A stretch of DNA of 64,000 nucleotides from Octopus sinensis (GCF_006345805.1 NC_042999.1:33604001-33668000), one strand, 5' to 3'; counted from the stretch's first letter, positions 38,549 to 52,700 are shown. Numbers and translations: made by a program. The notes: generated from the sequence alone by a model not told the origin.

Positions 38549-38638
38549 GACACCTGACGATAGAGGATTGATTACATGAAATAATTGTAGTAATCGAACT
38601 ATTTATCAATAAATAATTCTGCTGAAACAGCTAATGTG
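38549..38638 (+). ncRNA. Degenerate hammerhead ribozyme
   Basis: CUGACGA 38554-38560, long stem II region, GAAAC 38624-38628, palindromic AGCU; cleavage triplet degenerate. Confidence 0.4.
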
Positions 38639-38690
38639 AATCAAAAAATTCTAAGTGAATTCTTATTTCATTATATATATATATATATAT

Positions 38691-38734
<44 letters not shown>

Positions 38735-38909
38735 CGAGAGATTCAGTTGAATATGGTACTTAAATAAAAGGTACCAGAATTTGGTATAGTATTATCCATA
38801 TAATTGAAAATGGGGTGATTATAATCAAAATAAGCAACAAGGATATCCAACTGTAATACATGAAACGATCGTTCTACATTACCTTTAGATATCCTTGTTA
38901 CTTATTTTG

Positions 38910-38950
<41 letters not shown>

Positions 38951-39079
38951 TAATTTTTTGCCATATATATTTTATATATTCTGCCATATATATTTTGTAT
39001 GTTCTTCATTTCAGATTTATTCTTGTTCTTATTTTATGCTCTTTGTCTGCAAATCTTTTGTCACACACCCAGTCACATT

Positions 39080-39300
39080 TTCAGCCATTCTCCCTCCAAC
39101 ATATCGACGCATGTAAATATATCGGACAGGCCAATGCAGCAGTTAAGCGTTGCTTCTGCAACGAACGATCATACTTCAGTCAAAGAAAGACGGTCGACCT
39201 CGTCTCTGGACAGCCATGTGTGGCACCTCAAAGATCAAGCGCTACCTACTGGAAAATTACTGTTTCATTGAAAAAGAGACCTGAGCGAAATAGACCATAG
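39080..39300 (+). mobile_element. Penelope-like GIY-YIG fragment
   Basis: CKYIGQANAAVKRCFCNERSYF and DSHVWHLKDQ. Confidence 0.55.
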
Positions 39301-39439
39301 CTTCCGTTAATCCTCTGGTTCAGGGGCGTTAAGGTGTCCTTTAATTTTCTTTACTGCTAGCCGTTTGATCAATCTGTCCTAGAGTTTCCCCGCCTCCGCG
39401 AGGTGAAAAGATAGTTTTTTGTATAGAGTCTGATAAACT

Positions 39440-39828
39440 GTGGTGGAAGCACTCCGTCGGTTATGACAACGAGGGTTTCGGTTGATCCGATCAACGGAAC
39501 AGCCTGCTCATGAAATTAACGTGTAAGTGGCTGAGCACTCCACAGACACGTGTACCCTTAACGTAGTTCTCGGGGATATTCAGCGTGACACAGAGAGTGA
39601 CAAGGCCGGCCCTTTGAAATACAGGTACAACAGAAACAGGAAGTAAGAGTGAGAGAAAGTTGTGGTGAAAGAGTACAGCAGGGATCACCACCATCCCCTG
39701 CCGGAGCCTCGTGGAGCTTTAGGTGTTTTCGCTCAATAAACACTCACAACGCCCGGTCTGGGAATCGAAACCGCGATCCTACGACCGCGAGTCCGCTGCC
39801 CTAACCACTGGGCCATTGCGCCCCCACA
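39440..39828 (-). mobile_element. tRNA-derived SINE, family C, young, with 11-bp TSD
   Basis: Head ggcgcaatggcccagtggttagggcagcggactcgcggtcgtaggatcgcggtttcgattccc; TSD tctgataaact at 39429-39439 and 39829-39839. Confidence 0.9.
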
Positions 39829-40133
39829 TCTGATAAACTATCCACTGGTCTGTAGCTTTCGTGGATACAAAACCATTGGTCACTCTATGATCAGACTTTA
39901 ACTATGTTTTAATACTTACTGCTCTCTCCTTTTGCGTGCTTCCCATTCTGATACACGTTGTTTTGAAAATAAATTGTGTGTGTCTGTGTGTATGCAGGAG
40001 TCTGTGCATGCATGCATGTGTGTGTGCGTGTGAGTATTGAGTTTGTTAATAATATATTTTCATAAGAATCAGATTCTGTATGATAGAAGCAGAGTTACAC
40101 GGCGTCGCCCGAAATGAAAATGGCATAGCTTTT

Positions 40134-40410
40134 ATTGTTTTACTTGTTTCAGTCATGTGATTGCGGCCATGCTGGAGCACCACTTTTAGTCGAAGAATCG
40201 ACCCCAGGACTTATTTATTGTAAACCAAGTACTTATTCTATCGGTGTTTTTTTCCGAACCACTAAGTTACGAGGAAGTAAACATAGCAGCATCGGTCATC
40301 AAGAGATGGTGGGAGTACAAACACAAACACACACAAATATACGCATATGAACGACAGTCTTCCTTCAGTTTCCGAGTAAGAAATCCATTCACAAGGCTTT
40401 GATCGGTCTG

Positions 40411-40413
<3 letters not shown>
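40134..40413 (-). mobile_element. SINE family B, head lost
   Basis: Matches the 3' half and part of the 5' half; truncated at a (TA)n tract. Confidence 0.85.
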
Positions 40414-40458
<45 letters not shown>

Positions 40459-40463
40459 AGCAT

Positions 40464-40529
<66 letters not shown>

Positions 40530-40558
40530 CATACATGCATACATAGGTATATATATAT

Positions 40559-40589
<31 letters not shown>

Positions 40590-40619
40590 GTACATACATA
40601 TATCTCCTCTGATGGTCGT

Positions 40620-41240
40620 GTCTTGCTTGTGCAAGAGCTGCTGTGCTCTAGTAATTTCGAGAGCGATGCCGTCTGGAGTCTAGACTCCTGGCAGAGCCAC
40701 TCATGGCGGCAATGTGGGGAATGAGATCCCAGACAAATCATGACCAAGACATATACCATGACCCCAACAGCGGAGAAAGTAGAGGAGAGCAATCAGGCCT
40801 CCATGGATTGACCACAGTCGCAGTGAGTCGCAGTGCAGAAGTTCCTGGCCAAGTGCTTGCGCGTGGCCGTCAAGCAGTCACTATTACCTCATGAAATATA
40901 CTGAGTGACGGGCTTCTTCGTTCTACACGTTGAGTCTCAAAACAAAACCCAGTGCCGACGGTATCGCGGGCGCCTGAGAGAGGTCTGAAAAGCTTGAAGC
41001 CTCTATTTCATGACCACACATTTGCGGCGAATTTTAGATGGTCGACCACCAGTAAATAACCCTGGTATTGGAGTTCGGCAGCTAGACTCGTGATTAGGCT
41101 GGCCTTTTTAGGATTAGCGCAGCCCAAACTTTGAGAAGGAGCCCCTAGAAAAGGTGGGATAAACATCGGACACGGCAACTCGATCTAGCCAGCATACTGC
41201 GGCTGGCGGACCTCCCACTCAGCAGTCGGATCTCTACTTC
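40620..41240 (+). mobile_element. Possible Tx1/L1-like ORF2 fragment
   Basis: GC-rich island with coding-like frameshifted segments loosely resembling L1/Tx1 post-RT sequence. Confidence 0.35.
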
Positions 41241-41919
41241 TACTCATCCTTCATCGACAACAAAATCGTTTGATTCACATCCTCTCACTGGCTCAATATA
41301 TAGAAATTGCAGTGTCATAGAGTACTAATTTTGTAACAAGGAAACTCTTATATTGAGAAATTGTATATATAAATCTCAATAAACATCTGAAAAAATGGAA
41401 ATTACATACATTCGATTTCATATTAATGTAAATATAGATACACATTTATCGTTATTGAAATTAATGATAAATTTATTAAATAGTTTATCAAATTTTAAAT
41501 AAAGTTTTATAAGATAATCACATTTGCACGTAGCAGCGATTAATGGGAATATTACTGTGTTATCATTATCATCGAGTTTTCCATTTACTAGATAAAATAT
41601 GTATGGCGTTGAGAAACATCTGTATATCAAAAAAGGTCAACATTGAATTTTGAAGAATGTATCGAGCGATTAATTGATGTGCGTGATTAAGTGTAATTAA
41701 AATGTTAATTTTGTAATTCCGTGTAATAATGAACGTAATTATTTAATTATAATTTCATCAAATATCTTAGACCCTGAATTTTGACATAGTAATGAAATAT
41801 TTCATAAAGGGCGCTTCATAATGATTTAATATTGCCGAGATTATTTTGCTGATGACTAAGCCTTTCGGCGCATAACTTCCTTTATGCTACGGTAGCAGTG
41901 GTTATTTCTTTTATATTTT

Positions 41920-42443
41920 ACCTGCTTCAATTATTTGACCGATTCGTGCTGAAACACCACCTTTAATTATTAGTCGATGAATTGATCCCAGTACTTCTAT
42001 TAGACACCTGGTATTTGTTCCATCGATATTTTTATGAGGATGTAAATACTCCAACGCCGATTATCAAACTGTGGTGAGGGGACAAAAAACATACACAAAG
42101 AAACACACACACGCACACACACACATATATATATATGTCTATAAAGTTAATCCAAACATGAAAACACAAAGAGAAAACACAACAACGCGAGGACATGGAA
42201 CAAGTATAGTGTTATTGGACGCTCAGGAAAGGAAAGAATAAAGGAGGATTCATATATACACATATATGTATGTATATGTGTGTGTGTTTGTGACGGGCTT
42301 CTTTCAGTTTCCGTCCTCCAAATATGCTCACAAGACTTTAGTCTGCCCGTCGCTAAAGCAGAATTCACATGCGCAAGGTGTCACGCAGTGGAACAGAACT
42401 CGGAGCTATGTGATTGAAAAGAAAGCTTCTTAATAATTTTACC
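41920..42443 (-). mobile_element. SINE family B with a ~110-bp insert in its internal microsatellite
   Basis: 3' half 41920-42100, insert 42140-42251, 5' half 42290-42443. Confidence 0.75.
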
Positions 42444-43054
42444 AACTATTTTCGATCCTGGATTGTGATATAGCAATACAATTTTCTAAAAAAAGCTGCT
42501 TCATTACGTTTTAATACAGCGAGATTTATAATGTTGATCTTTCATTCTCATGGCACATAACTTCTTTTGTTACGATATCAGTAGTTGTGTAAAATAGCTT
42601 TTTCACCTTCTATTCCAGATTTATCTTGTGCTTTTGATTTCATTCTTGTTCACTACAATATACTGAAATGGCATTAAATTTTAATGGAAATAAATATTCT
42701 ATAATACAGATAGGTAAAAGTTATTTCTAGATTTTCATTTGTGTTTGATGTGTGTATATCCACTCAACAGATTTAAATACAATTATATCAATGTATGTTT
42801 ACACACTAGTGTGTCTTTATAATGAAGTATTTTCATTTCTGTTTCACATCCGTTTCTTTTTTATTTATCGCAACATATTGCCATTATCATTAATCGATGG
42901 TGTATTTTTTTCATTTTCAAATATATACAAACCTTTCTTTATAATTTCGTATTATTACTAACATATGTAAATGGCACTCTCTATATTTATATATACATAT
43001 ACACACATCGAAAAGACAGAGACGTACAGAAGTACGTGTGTGTCTGTGAGTTTG

Positions 43055-43108
<54 letters not shown>

Positions 43109-43127
43109 ATACATGTACATTTATATA

Positions 43128-43185
<58 letters not shown>

Positions 43186-43199
43186 ATATATACTTATAC

Positions 43200-43230
<31 letters not shown>

Positions 43231-46200
43231 CTTATACAGATATATATATATATATATACATATACTTATACAGATATAGATATATATAGATTTATACATA
43301 TATATGTAAATATATATATATGTACATATATGCATATACATACGCATACACACACGCACATATATACACACGCACATGTATCACATTTTTTAGTTCAAAT
43401 ATTGTCAATTATGCAAGAAGGCCTGTAAGATATACATCATTATTTATTGTTTTTAATTCATTTTATTCTTAGCATTTATAATGTTGCGTTACTGCTTCAT
43501 ACCATTTCATTTTGAGTGTGTTGTTTTGTTTTGGTTTTCTTATCTCTCTCTCAAACGTGTTTTAGTATGTAATTCATTTTTGCTTCCTGCTTTTAAATTA
43601 TTTGATGTATTAACTTTGTATATGTTTCAAAATGTTTTATACTTATGAATTTTAATTTATTTCCTCATCTAATTACTCTATGTGTATACACTTCGATATA
43701 AAGAAATATATACTTCAGTAATTTGGTGCATTAGTGATCAAACTGTATTTGTGTACACGAGTGTTTCTGTCTCGCTGTGTGCAAATGTTTCGTTAATTTA
43801 TTTGCATTTCTTACTTAGTTGATAATATCTTTGTTTTTAATATCTTGTTAGTAATAATAATAATTTCTTTTTCAAATTATAGTCAAATTATGTCTGCTTT
43901 AATTCTTTATGGTTTAATTTTCCTACTTTCAGCAATTTATCAAATTCTACATAATTGCAATATTTTTGCCAATCTAGATAATGTGCCGAAATTGCAGCAT
44001 CTATTAACAAATGATCGAACAATACGATGTTACATCACTTAATGTATGGTATTCGCTATATTGGGAGCAGTGAAATATTTATCTTATTTGCATTTTCGTC
44101 TCTTCTGTACTAAATATAATCTATTGTGCATTTGATTTTAAATTTATACTATATATGTTTTTTTCAACAATTAAATATTTATTGTGATTAGATCTATGAA
44201 AGATACTTTTAACAGCATATGAAATAATGAAATGTTATTTTTATATCTTATACATTTATGCTCAACGTATTATGATAAACTATACAAATTATATTTCACT
44301 GATTAATACCATTTAGAATATTTTTGTTGGAAATGGATTTGCTTCATTTAAATTATATTTCACACAAGTGTAAAAATACGCAATCTTTGTAACGAAAATT
44401 TTATTTGGAGGTATTTTGAGCATACATGCTACATTAATACATTAAAGTTAAAGTTTGCTTTATATGTATTTCTGCATTACTATTTCTACAACATGAATGT
44501 AAACCCCAAACTTTCAATCTCATATTCAAAATAATTCAAAATATATACTTGAGATTATCTATATTTGTCATTGACCGTATCATGCAATTTTAATTACTAA
44601 CTTACATTTTGAAATTTGTTTGAAACATCTCAAATTTAACAAAGTTACTAATGCACGGCAAGTTTAAGAGAGAGAACTATTTACATTTGCTCTTGCTGAA
44701 ATGTCTTAATGTGAGAAATATTCATTTCAACATTGACCAATGAATTTCAACCAATGCCTCATATCAACAATTCGCGTAATGTAAAGGCATGTGTCAGAAC
44801 AAAAGAGGTAGGAAAAAATCTTTAAATATTTCAAAACGATCCCGAACACTTTTCTGGGATTACAGACAAAAGTTAATCTGTATAGTCATATTCATAAATA
44901 ATTACAAGTGAGGCTGGTTGTAAACTCAAGAAAACTACAAACAGCATGAATGACAATCGTCAAGAAGGAGCTCAAAAATAGTTCATAAAGATAAATGAGA
45001 TGACACAGGAAGCTAACGGTTATAGAGGGATATGATTCTCTAGGGACGTTTAACCTGCGGTGGGGAAAACATGTCGGTTTTAGTTGTCATGTTCTTCCAA
45101 TTAGAAATTACTAACAGTAAAACAAATAGATTTCTATGGTAAAATAACGTAAGTGTTTTCTCTTCAAATTAAACACTTCATCATGCAAATAATTTATGTG
45201 AGAAAATATAGATATGTCGTGCAAAGAGTGAAGCATATTTGAAAATACGGAAACAACATTTACACACATACCATAGAAAATATTTTATTTTTATATAAAA
45301 TGTATTATTTATTCCAGCAACGTTTTGACTGCACGTGGATTAATATTAAGGGCCAAGTAAACATGCTGACAAAGAAAAAGGAAAATTGCTACCAACTATC
45401 GTTAAGTAAAGTTAAGTAATAAGGCGAGTAACCGATAACGTTAAAAATATTCAAATAGATGATGTATTTCAGTATAAAGCCTCTTTGCACATATTGCGAA
45501 AATAGTGTGCAAAACCATCCAGTGTGATATATTTGTATGCAATGTTATGATATAGTTTGCAATGTATTAATGAGGACATTTATCTATGCTGTGTACAAAA
45601 TGTGTCTACCTTTTAAAATGCGTATTTATTTCTTTATATAATCTGAACTCTTTGCAATTATATATCCATTAATAGCATTTTTTCCAATATCATATCGTGA
45701 TTCATAGGGAAATATACGTCTGCATGTATTACGTATATTTTTGAATTTTTTTTTAAATAATTTTCTCTAGACATCATTTTCGTTGTAGAGTTTCCTTCCT
45801 ATTATTCTTAATCCGTGTTTTCTTTGAAATATAATTCATTTATTATTTCCTACAATTAAATTAATCTATTTTATTAGCTTATTTCTTTTCAACTATACAA
45901 AATGTTTGATATTATAAATTGTAATTTGTTTCAGCGTCTAATCATATAATTGAATATAACTCGCTTTGATTTCGCTACGTAAGTATAATGGTTTCATTTG
46001 GATACAGAAATACACATGTATTAATGTTATCATATATATGTGCACATGTGCTTAATTTCTTTATTTGTATTAATTACAGATACAAATTTAATTATTTATA
46101 TCATTATTACAAATGTCTAATATGAATACAAAATTTAATGTTGTACTTATCACGTTAGTATTTTTAAAATTTTATGATTTCATACAATTAATATTTCATA

Positions 46201-47432
46201 CAATCCGTTATCTATCCGTTCTGTCAAAATCAATGGCGTCTCAACATTTTCTCCTGGAATATTTACTCATTCCCACATAATAAAATATGGCAGCTGCTTA
46301 ATTATTAAAATAAACTATTGTCTTATACTAAATAGTTGTTAGCGATTTGACTTGATTCGTACGAATTATACATTCGAATACGTAGTTTTTTTTTCTAAAA
46401 TGTATTTAGGTAATTAATTTGAAAATAATCAGGTATCAAAATACCTTCCCTTTTGAAATACTAATTGTTACATCTGCTTAATCCTTTAAGTGTCAACATA
46501 AATGATGTTTACATTTTATTCACATTAAGAATAATTTTTATTTAAAAACGAATTTGTGTAATTGGGTATATTACAAATTAAAATGTATATAGCCATTATA
46601 GTGGCAATTTTGCAGAAAGGTGAATTGAGGTTATATATTCTGTTAATCCAAGTAAGTAAATGCTAAATGTAAATATATAAAACCCGAAAACATAATTCAA
46701 TCTATTTTCACAATTATTGACTTGTGATATTTTTTCAATATATCTATCTTATAATCTTAATTATCAGCTCTATAAAAATTTGTTCTCAAAATTATCTCAT
46801 TATATTTATGATAGCGTAAAAAAAAAGCTAATTTTTATGAGAAGTATGTACACTTAGTAAAATACGTTATTATATTTGATATTACTATTTTAGTCTCTTC
46901 AATAGATGTTTTCATTGAGAAGTAACTTATAACTAGGTTATTAAACTAACATACCGTGATGATTTTGTTAAAATTACTTTCTTCATAGACCTTATTTTTT
47001 TTAGTATACCGGAGTTTCTATATTTATATCATTTAACATTTAATGGTTTTTAAGCATTAATAAAATATTTTTACATATATTTTTCTTATTTCTGTTAACT
47101 ATATTTTTAGTAGGAATCCAGTAACATTTTTGTATCCAATAGAATACATTTAATATATTTAAAAAAATTTTAATATTGATGCCATATATTTGAATACACA
47201 CAATACGCACATACGCGTACACACACAAACACGCACACGCTCGAGCACAGACAAACACACACACATGCAAATATCCACATGCATATAGAAATATGCATAT
47301 ATACACAGATATATATCTATCTACCTTTCTCTCTCTCTCCCTCTTTGTATGTATGTGCGTGTGTGTGTCTGTAGTAAAATATAGATCGATAGATATACAG
47401 ACATACATACATACAGACAGAGACAGACATAC

Positions 47433-47492
<60 letters not shown>

Positions 47493-47521
47493 GGATAGAT
47501 AGATAGAAGATAGATAGATAG

Positions 47522-47790
47522 ATAAGTTTCTTTATTGGCCACACAGGGCTGCACACAGATGGGACAAGTTACAAGGTAGAGCTTTTCTTTTGGGGGATTA
47601 AAAAAAGGGGGTGGAGTAGGTTTTCGATCAAGAGGGATCGTAAAAGGGAAGAAAAAAAAAAGAATAAAAAATAAAAAGAATAAAAGAAAAAAAAAGAAAG
47701 GGAAAGGAACAAAAGAAAAGAGAAATGAAAAAAGAAGAAAAAGGGGGAAAAAAAGGGGAAGAGGAAGAAGAAAAAAGGAACGATCAATAG
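47522..47790 (-). mobile_element. LINE (probably Tx1/L1-type) 3' end embedded in (GATA)n; also at 49548-49804 and 51349-51615
   Basis: Minus strand is a pyrimidine-rich UTR ending gccctgtgtggccaataaagaaac, running directly into (TATC)n; (GATA)n on both sides. Confidence 0.55.
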
Positions 47791-47795
47791 GTAGG

Positions 47796-47894
<99 letters not shown>

Positions 47895-48410
47895 ACAGCC
47901 AGACACACAAATACACATTCCAAACAAGATTTTATAAACATTTTATCCTTTTCTTCGAATCTTATCTACCACGACAGTTTTATTTACAGCTTGGAAATTT
48001 TATCTCTCATCATTGCCTCATCTCAATTGGAAATGTACGTATATATTTTCGACGTAAAACTGCTCAACTTCGATTATACCTTTACACTTAGTAAAATACG
48101 TTATTATATTTGATATTACTATTTTAGTCTCTTGAATAGATGTTTTCATTGAGAAGTAACTTATAACTAGGTTATTAAACTAACATACCGTGATGATTTT
48201 GTTAAAATTACTTTCTTCATAGACATTATTTTTTTTAGTATACCGGAGTTTCTATATTTGTATCATTTAACATTTAATGGTTTTTAAGCATTAATAAAAT
48301 ATTTTTACATATATTTTTCTTATTTCTGTTAACTATATTTTTAGTAGGAATCCAGTAACATTTTTGTATCCAATAGAATAAATCTGTCAAGCATTTGAGA
48401 TGAATATTCT

Positions 48411-48974
48411 TTTCTACTCTAGGCACAAGGCCCTAAATTTTGTGGGAGGGGTCCAGCCGATGAGATCGACCCCAGTACACAACTAGAACATACTTTATCG
48501 ACCCCGAAAGGAAAAAAGGCAAAATCGACCTCGCCGGAATTTGAATCCACACGGTAAGGGCAGACGAAATAACTTTTGAACTCAGAATGTAAAGAGGGAC
48601 AAAACACCTATCTCTTTACTGCCCGCAAGGGGCTATACACAGCAGGTACAAACAAGGACAAACAAACGGACTAAGTCGATTATATCTACCCCAGTGCGTA
48701 ACTGGTACTTATTTAATCGACCCCGAAAGGATGAAAGGCAAAGTCGAATTTTGCGGAATTTGAACTCAGAACGTAACGGTAGACGAAATACCTATTTCTT
48801 TACTACCCACAAGGGGCTAAACACAGAAGGGACAAACAAGGACAGACAAACGGATTACGTCGATTACATCGACCCCAGTGTGGAACTGGCACTTAATTTA
48901 TCGACCCCGAAAGGATGAAAGGCAAAGTCGACCTCGACGGAATTTGAACTCACAACGTAACGGCAGACAAAACA
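48411..48974 (-). mobile_element. Tandem array of three headless family A SINE bodies (two at 50411-50790)
   Basis: Repeated atcgaccccgaaaggatgaaaggcaaagtcga cores at ~184-bp spacing. Confidence 0.9.
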
Positions 48975-49489
48975 CAAGACATTATCATGTTGATGTATAA
49001 TTGATTTTTTTTCTCTTTTTTTTTTACATATTTCGTCTCTACTGGGAAAACGGCTTGATATACATTTTCCCAGTTGAAATGTATATTTTTCATAAACATA
49101 TCCTTTTATACTTATAATGGAAATATATTTCTGCCATGCTATTTCAAAGGTTTCTTTATAAGTCACAGTGTATTTCTAGAGTCACTATTTTAAAATGTTC
49201 ACACATTTAATATATTTAAAAAAATTTTAATATTGATGCCATATATTTGAATACACACAATACGCACATACGCGTACACACACAAACACGCACACGCTCG
49301 AGCACAGACAAACACACACACATGCAAATATCCACATGCATATAGAAATATGCATATATACACAGATATATATCTATCTACCTTTCTCTCTCTCTCCCTC
49401 TTTGTATGTATGTGCGTGTGTGTGTCTGTAGTAAAATATAGATCGATAGATATACAGACATACATACATACAGACAGAGACAGACATAC

Positions 49490-49551
<62 letters not shown>

Positions 49552-49842
49552 GTTTCTTTATTGGCCACACAGGGCTGCACACAGATGGGACAAGTTACAA
49601 GGTAGAGCTTTTCTTTTGGGGGATGAAAAAAAGGGGTGGCGTAGGTTTTCGATCAAGAGGGATCGTAAAAGGGAAGAAAAAAAAGAATAAAAAGAATAAA
49701 AGAAAAGAAAGAAAGGGAAAGGAACAAAAGAAGAGAGAAATGAAAAAAGAAGAAAAAGGGGAAAAAAAGGGGAAGAGGAAGAAATAAAAAGGAACTATCA
49801 ATAGGTAGGTAGATAGATAGATAGATATAGATAGATAGATAA

Positions 49843-49894
<52 letters not shown>

Positions 49895-51308
49895 ACAGCC
49901 AGACACACAAATACACATTCCAAACAAGATTTTATAAACATTTTATCCTTTTCTTCGAATCTTATCTACCACGACAGTTTTATTTACAGCTTGGAAATTT
50001 TATCTCTCATCATTTCCTCATCTCAATTGGAAATGTACGTATATATTTTCGACGTAAAACTGCTCAACTTCGATTATACCTTTACACTTAGTAAAATACG
50101 TTATTATATTTGATACTACTATTTTAGTCTCTTGAATAGATGTTTTCATTGAGAAGTAACTTATAACTAGGTTATTAAACTAACATACCGTGATGATTTT
50201 GTTAAAATTACTTTCTTCATAGACATTATTTTTTTTAGTATACCGGAGTTTCTATATTTATATCATTTAACATTTAATGGTTTTTAAGCATTAATAAAAT
50301 ATTTTCACATATGTTTTTCTTATTTCTGTTAACTATATTTTTAGTAGGAATCCAGTAACATTTTTGTATCCAATAGAATAAATCTGTCAAGCATTTGAGA
50401 TGAATATTCTTTTCTACTCTAGGCACAAGGCCCTAAATTTTGTGGGAGGGGTCCAGCCGATGAGATCGACCCCAGTACACAACTAGAACATACTTTATCG
50501 ACCCCGAAAGGAAAAAAGGCAAAATCGACCTCGCCGGAATTTGAATCCACAAGGTAAGGGCAGACGAAATAACTTTTGAACTCAGAATGTAAAGAGGGAC
50601 AAAATACCTATCTCTTTACTGCCCGCAAGGGGCTATACACAGCAGGTACAAACAAGGACAGACAAACGGATTACGTCGATTACATCGACCCCAGTGTGGA
50701 ACTGGCACTTAATTTATCGACCCCGAAAGGATGAAAGGCAAAGTCGACCTCGACGGAATTTGAACTCACAACGTAACGGCAGACAAAACACAAGACATTA
50801 TCATGTTGATGTATAATTGATTTTTTTTCTCTTTTTTTTTTTACATATTTCGTCTCTACTGGGAAAACGGCTTGATATACATTTTCCCAGTTGAAATGTA
50901 TATTTTTCATAAACATATCCTTTTATACTTATAATGGAAATATATTTCTGCCATGCTATTTCAAAGGTTTCTTTATAAGTCACAGTGTATTTCTAGAGTC
51001 ACTATTTTAAAATGTTCAAACATTTAATATATTAAAAAAAATTTTAATATTGATGCCATATATTTGAATACACACAATACGCACATACGCGTACACACAC
51101 AAACACGCACACGCTCGAGCACAGACAAACACACACACATGCAAATATCCACATGCATATAGCAATATGCATATATACACAGATATATATCTATCTACCT
51201 TTCTCTCTCTCTCCCTCTTTGTATGTATGTGCGTGTGTATGTCTGTAGTAAAATATAGATCGATAGATATACAGACATACATACATACAGACAGAGACAG
51301 ACAGACAG

Positions 51309-51339
<31 letters not shown>

Positions 51340-51616
51340 GATAGATAGATAAGTTTCTTTATTGGCCACACAGGGCTGCACACAGATGGGACAAGTTACA
51401 AGGTAGAGCTTTTCTTTTGGGGGATGAAAAAAAGGGGGTGGCGTAGGTTTTCGATCAAGAGGGATCGTAAAAGGGAAGAAAAAAAAGAATAAAAAATAAA
51501 AAGAATAAAAGAACAAAAAAGAAAGGGAAAGGAACAAAAGAAAAGAGAAATGAAAAAAGAAGAAAAAGGGGGAAAAAAAGGGGAAGAGGAAGAAAAAAAA
51601 AGGAACGATCAATAGG

Positions 51617-51655
<39 letters not shown>

Positions 51656-52039
51656 ACAGCCAGACACACAAATACACATTCCAAACAAGATTTTATAAAC
51701 ATTTTATCCTTTTCTTCGAATCTTATCTACCACGACAGTTTTATTTACAGCTTGGAAATTTTATCTCTCATCATTGCCTCATCTCAATTGGAAATGTACG
51801 TATATATTTTCGACGTAAACCTGCTCAACTTCGATTACACCTTTGATCATCTCACATGTGATCTCTCAGATCATCACGTTCATCGTCGGATGTGTGTGTG
51901 GATATCTTATTAAAACGTTATCATAGACGGAATTATTCGGAATGATGTAATGTTATGTGACGAAAAACATGATGAATTTTTAGCACCGAACGCTAAATAA
52001 AAATGTTATAAGAAATTCAGTCCCTGGACTGAATCTTTA

Positions 52040-52700
52040 AAAGGAAAATAATTGTACGGTAGACTGGGAAACGTCAGCTATGGTAAATAAATGTTGAAAC
52101 CATTATCCCACGCTAATGTCTATCCTTATGATCTTTGTTCATACGTAGACCTTAACATTGAATTTGCTCCCAGAACAATAATCGCTGCACTACATGACAA
52201 ATGGTTAATGAACCTCGTACTTATCTGTTTGTCTATAGCAGAGAAAACGTTGCACATGTGTCTTCCAGATGTTATAATTGAATGTACATTCGGATACTTG
52301 TTGATGTCTTGCTCTTCTTGTATGAGCAGAATAGCTAGTAATTTTGAGCATGAGTACTTAATGTCTAGTTGTGCCAGCATTTATACATTGTAATACTCCT
52401 TTTCCGACAGATTCACATCTTTGAACATGTATGATTGCTATGTATCCGGTTATCTTCATCCCGGCAGTTTTGTCATGTTTTTCTTTATTTGAATGTTGGA
52501 AAGAACTAAAATCTGTTCTAGTGGAATCATTGAATAGGCAAATCGTGTGTACTGTGCTTGGCTAATTAGACTGAAATCCAAACTGAAATCCTTTGATGTA
52601 ACCCGAGTAATGGGAGTAACCAGATCTTTTTCCGGAAGAGGTTACCGATGACGTTTCCGAAAATATGGTGTTCTGAAACTCTATATTCCCACAGATATTG
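52040..52700 (-). mobile_element. Possible R4/Dong-like REL endonuclease relic
   Basis: KHDKTA, DKYE and AIIVLGANSML loosely match the RHD / KY / IVIGALG order. Confidence 0.3.

Larger units (their letters stand above)
46849..51844. repeat. Nested tandem duplication X-Y-X-Z-Y-X-Z'-Y
   Basis: X starts at 46851, 48085 and 50085; Y at 47147, 49204 and 51021; Z is 48381-49203 (823 bp) and Z' is 50381-51020 (640 bp). Confidence 0.95.

Noticed and set aside
39760-39828. tRNA-like sequence
   Set aside because: It is the head of a SINE bounded by a TSD, not a tRNA gene.
41849-41880. CUGAUGA followed by a GCC-UUUC-GGC hairpin
   Set aside because: No GAAA or cleavage triplet; at best a heavily decayed relic.
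46849-51844. Repeats as a CRISPR array or gene cluster
   Set aside because: Kilobase eukaryotic units made of SINE, LINE and microsatellite pieces; no repeat-spacer pattern or ORF.
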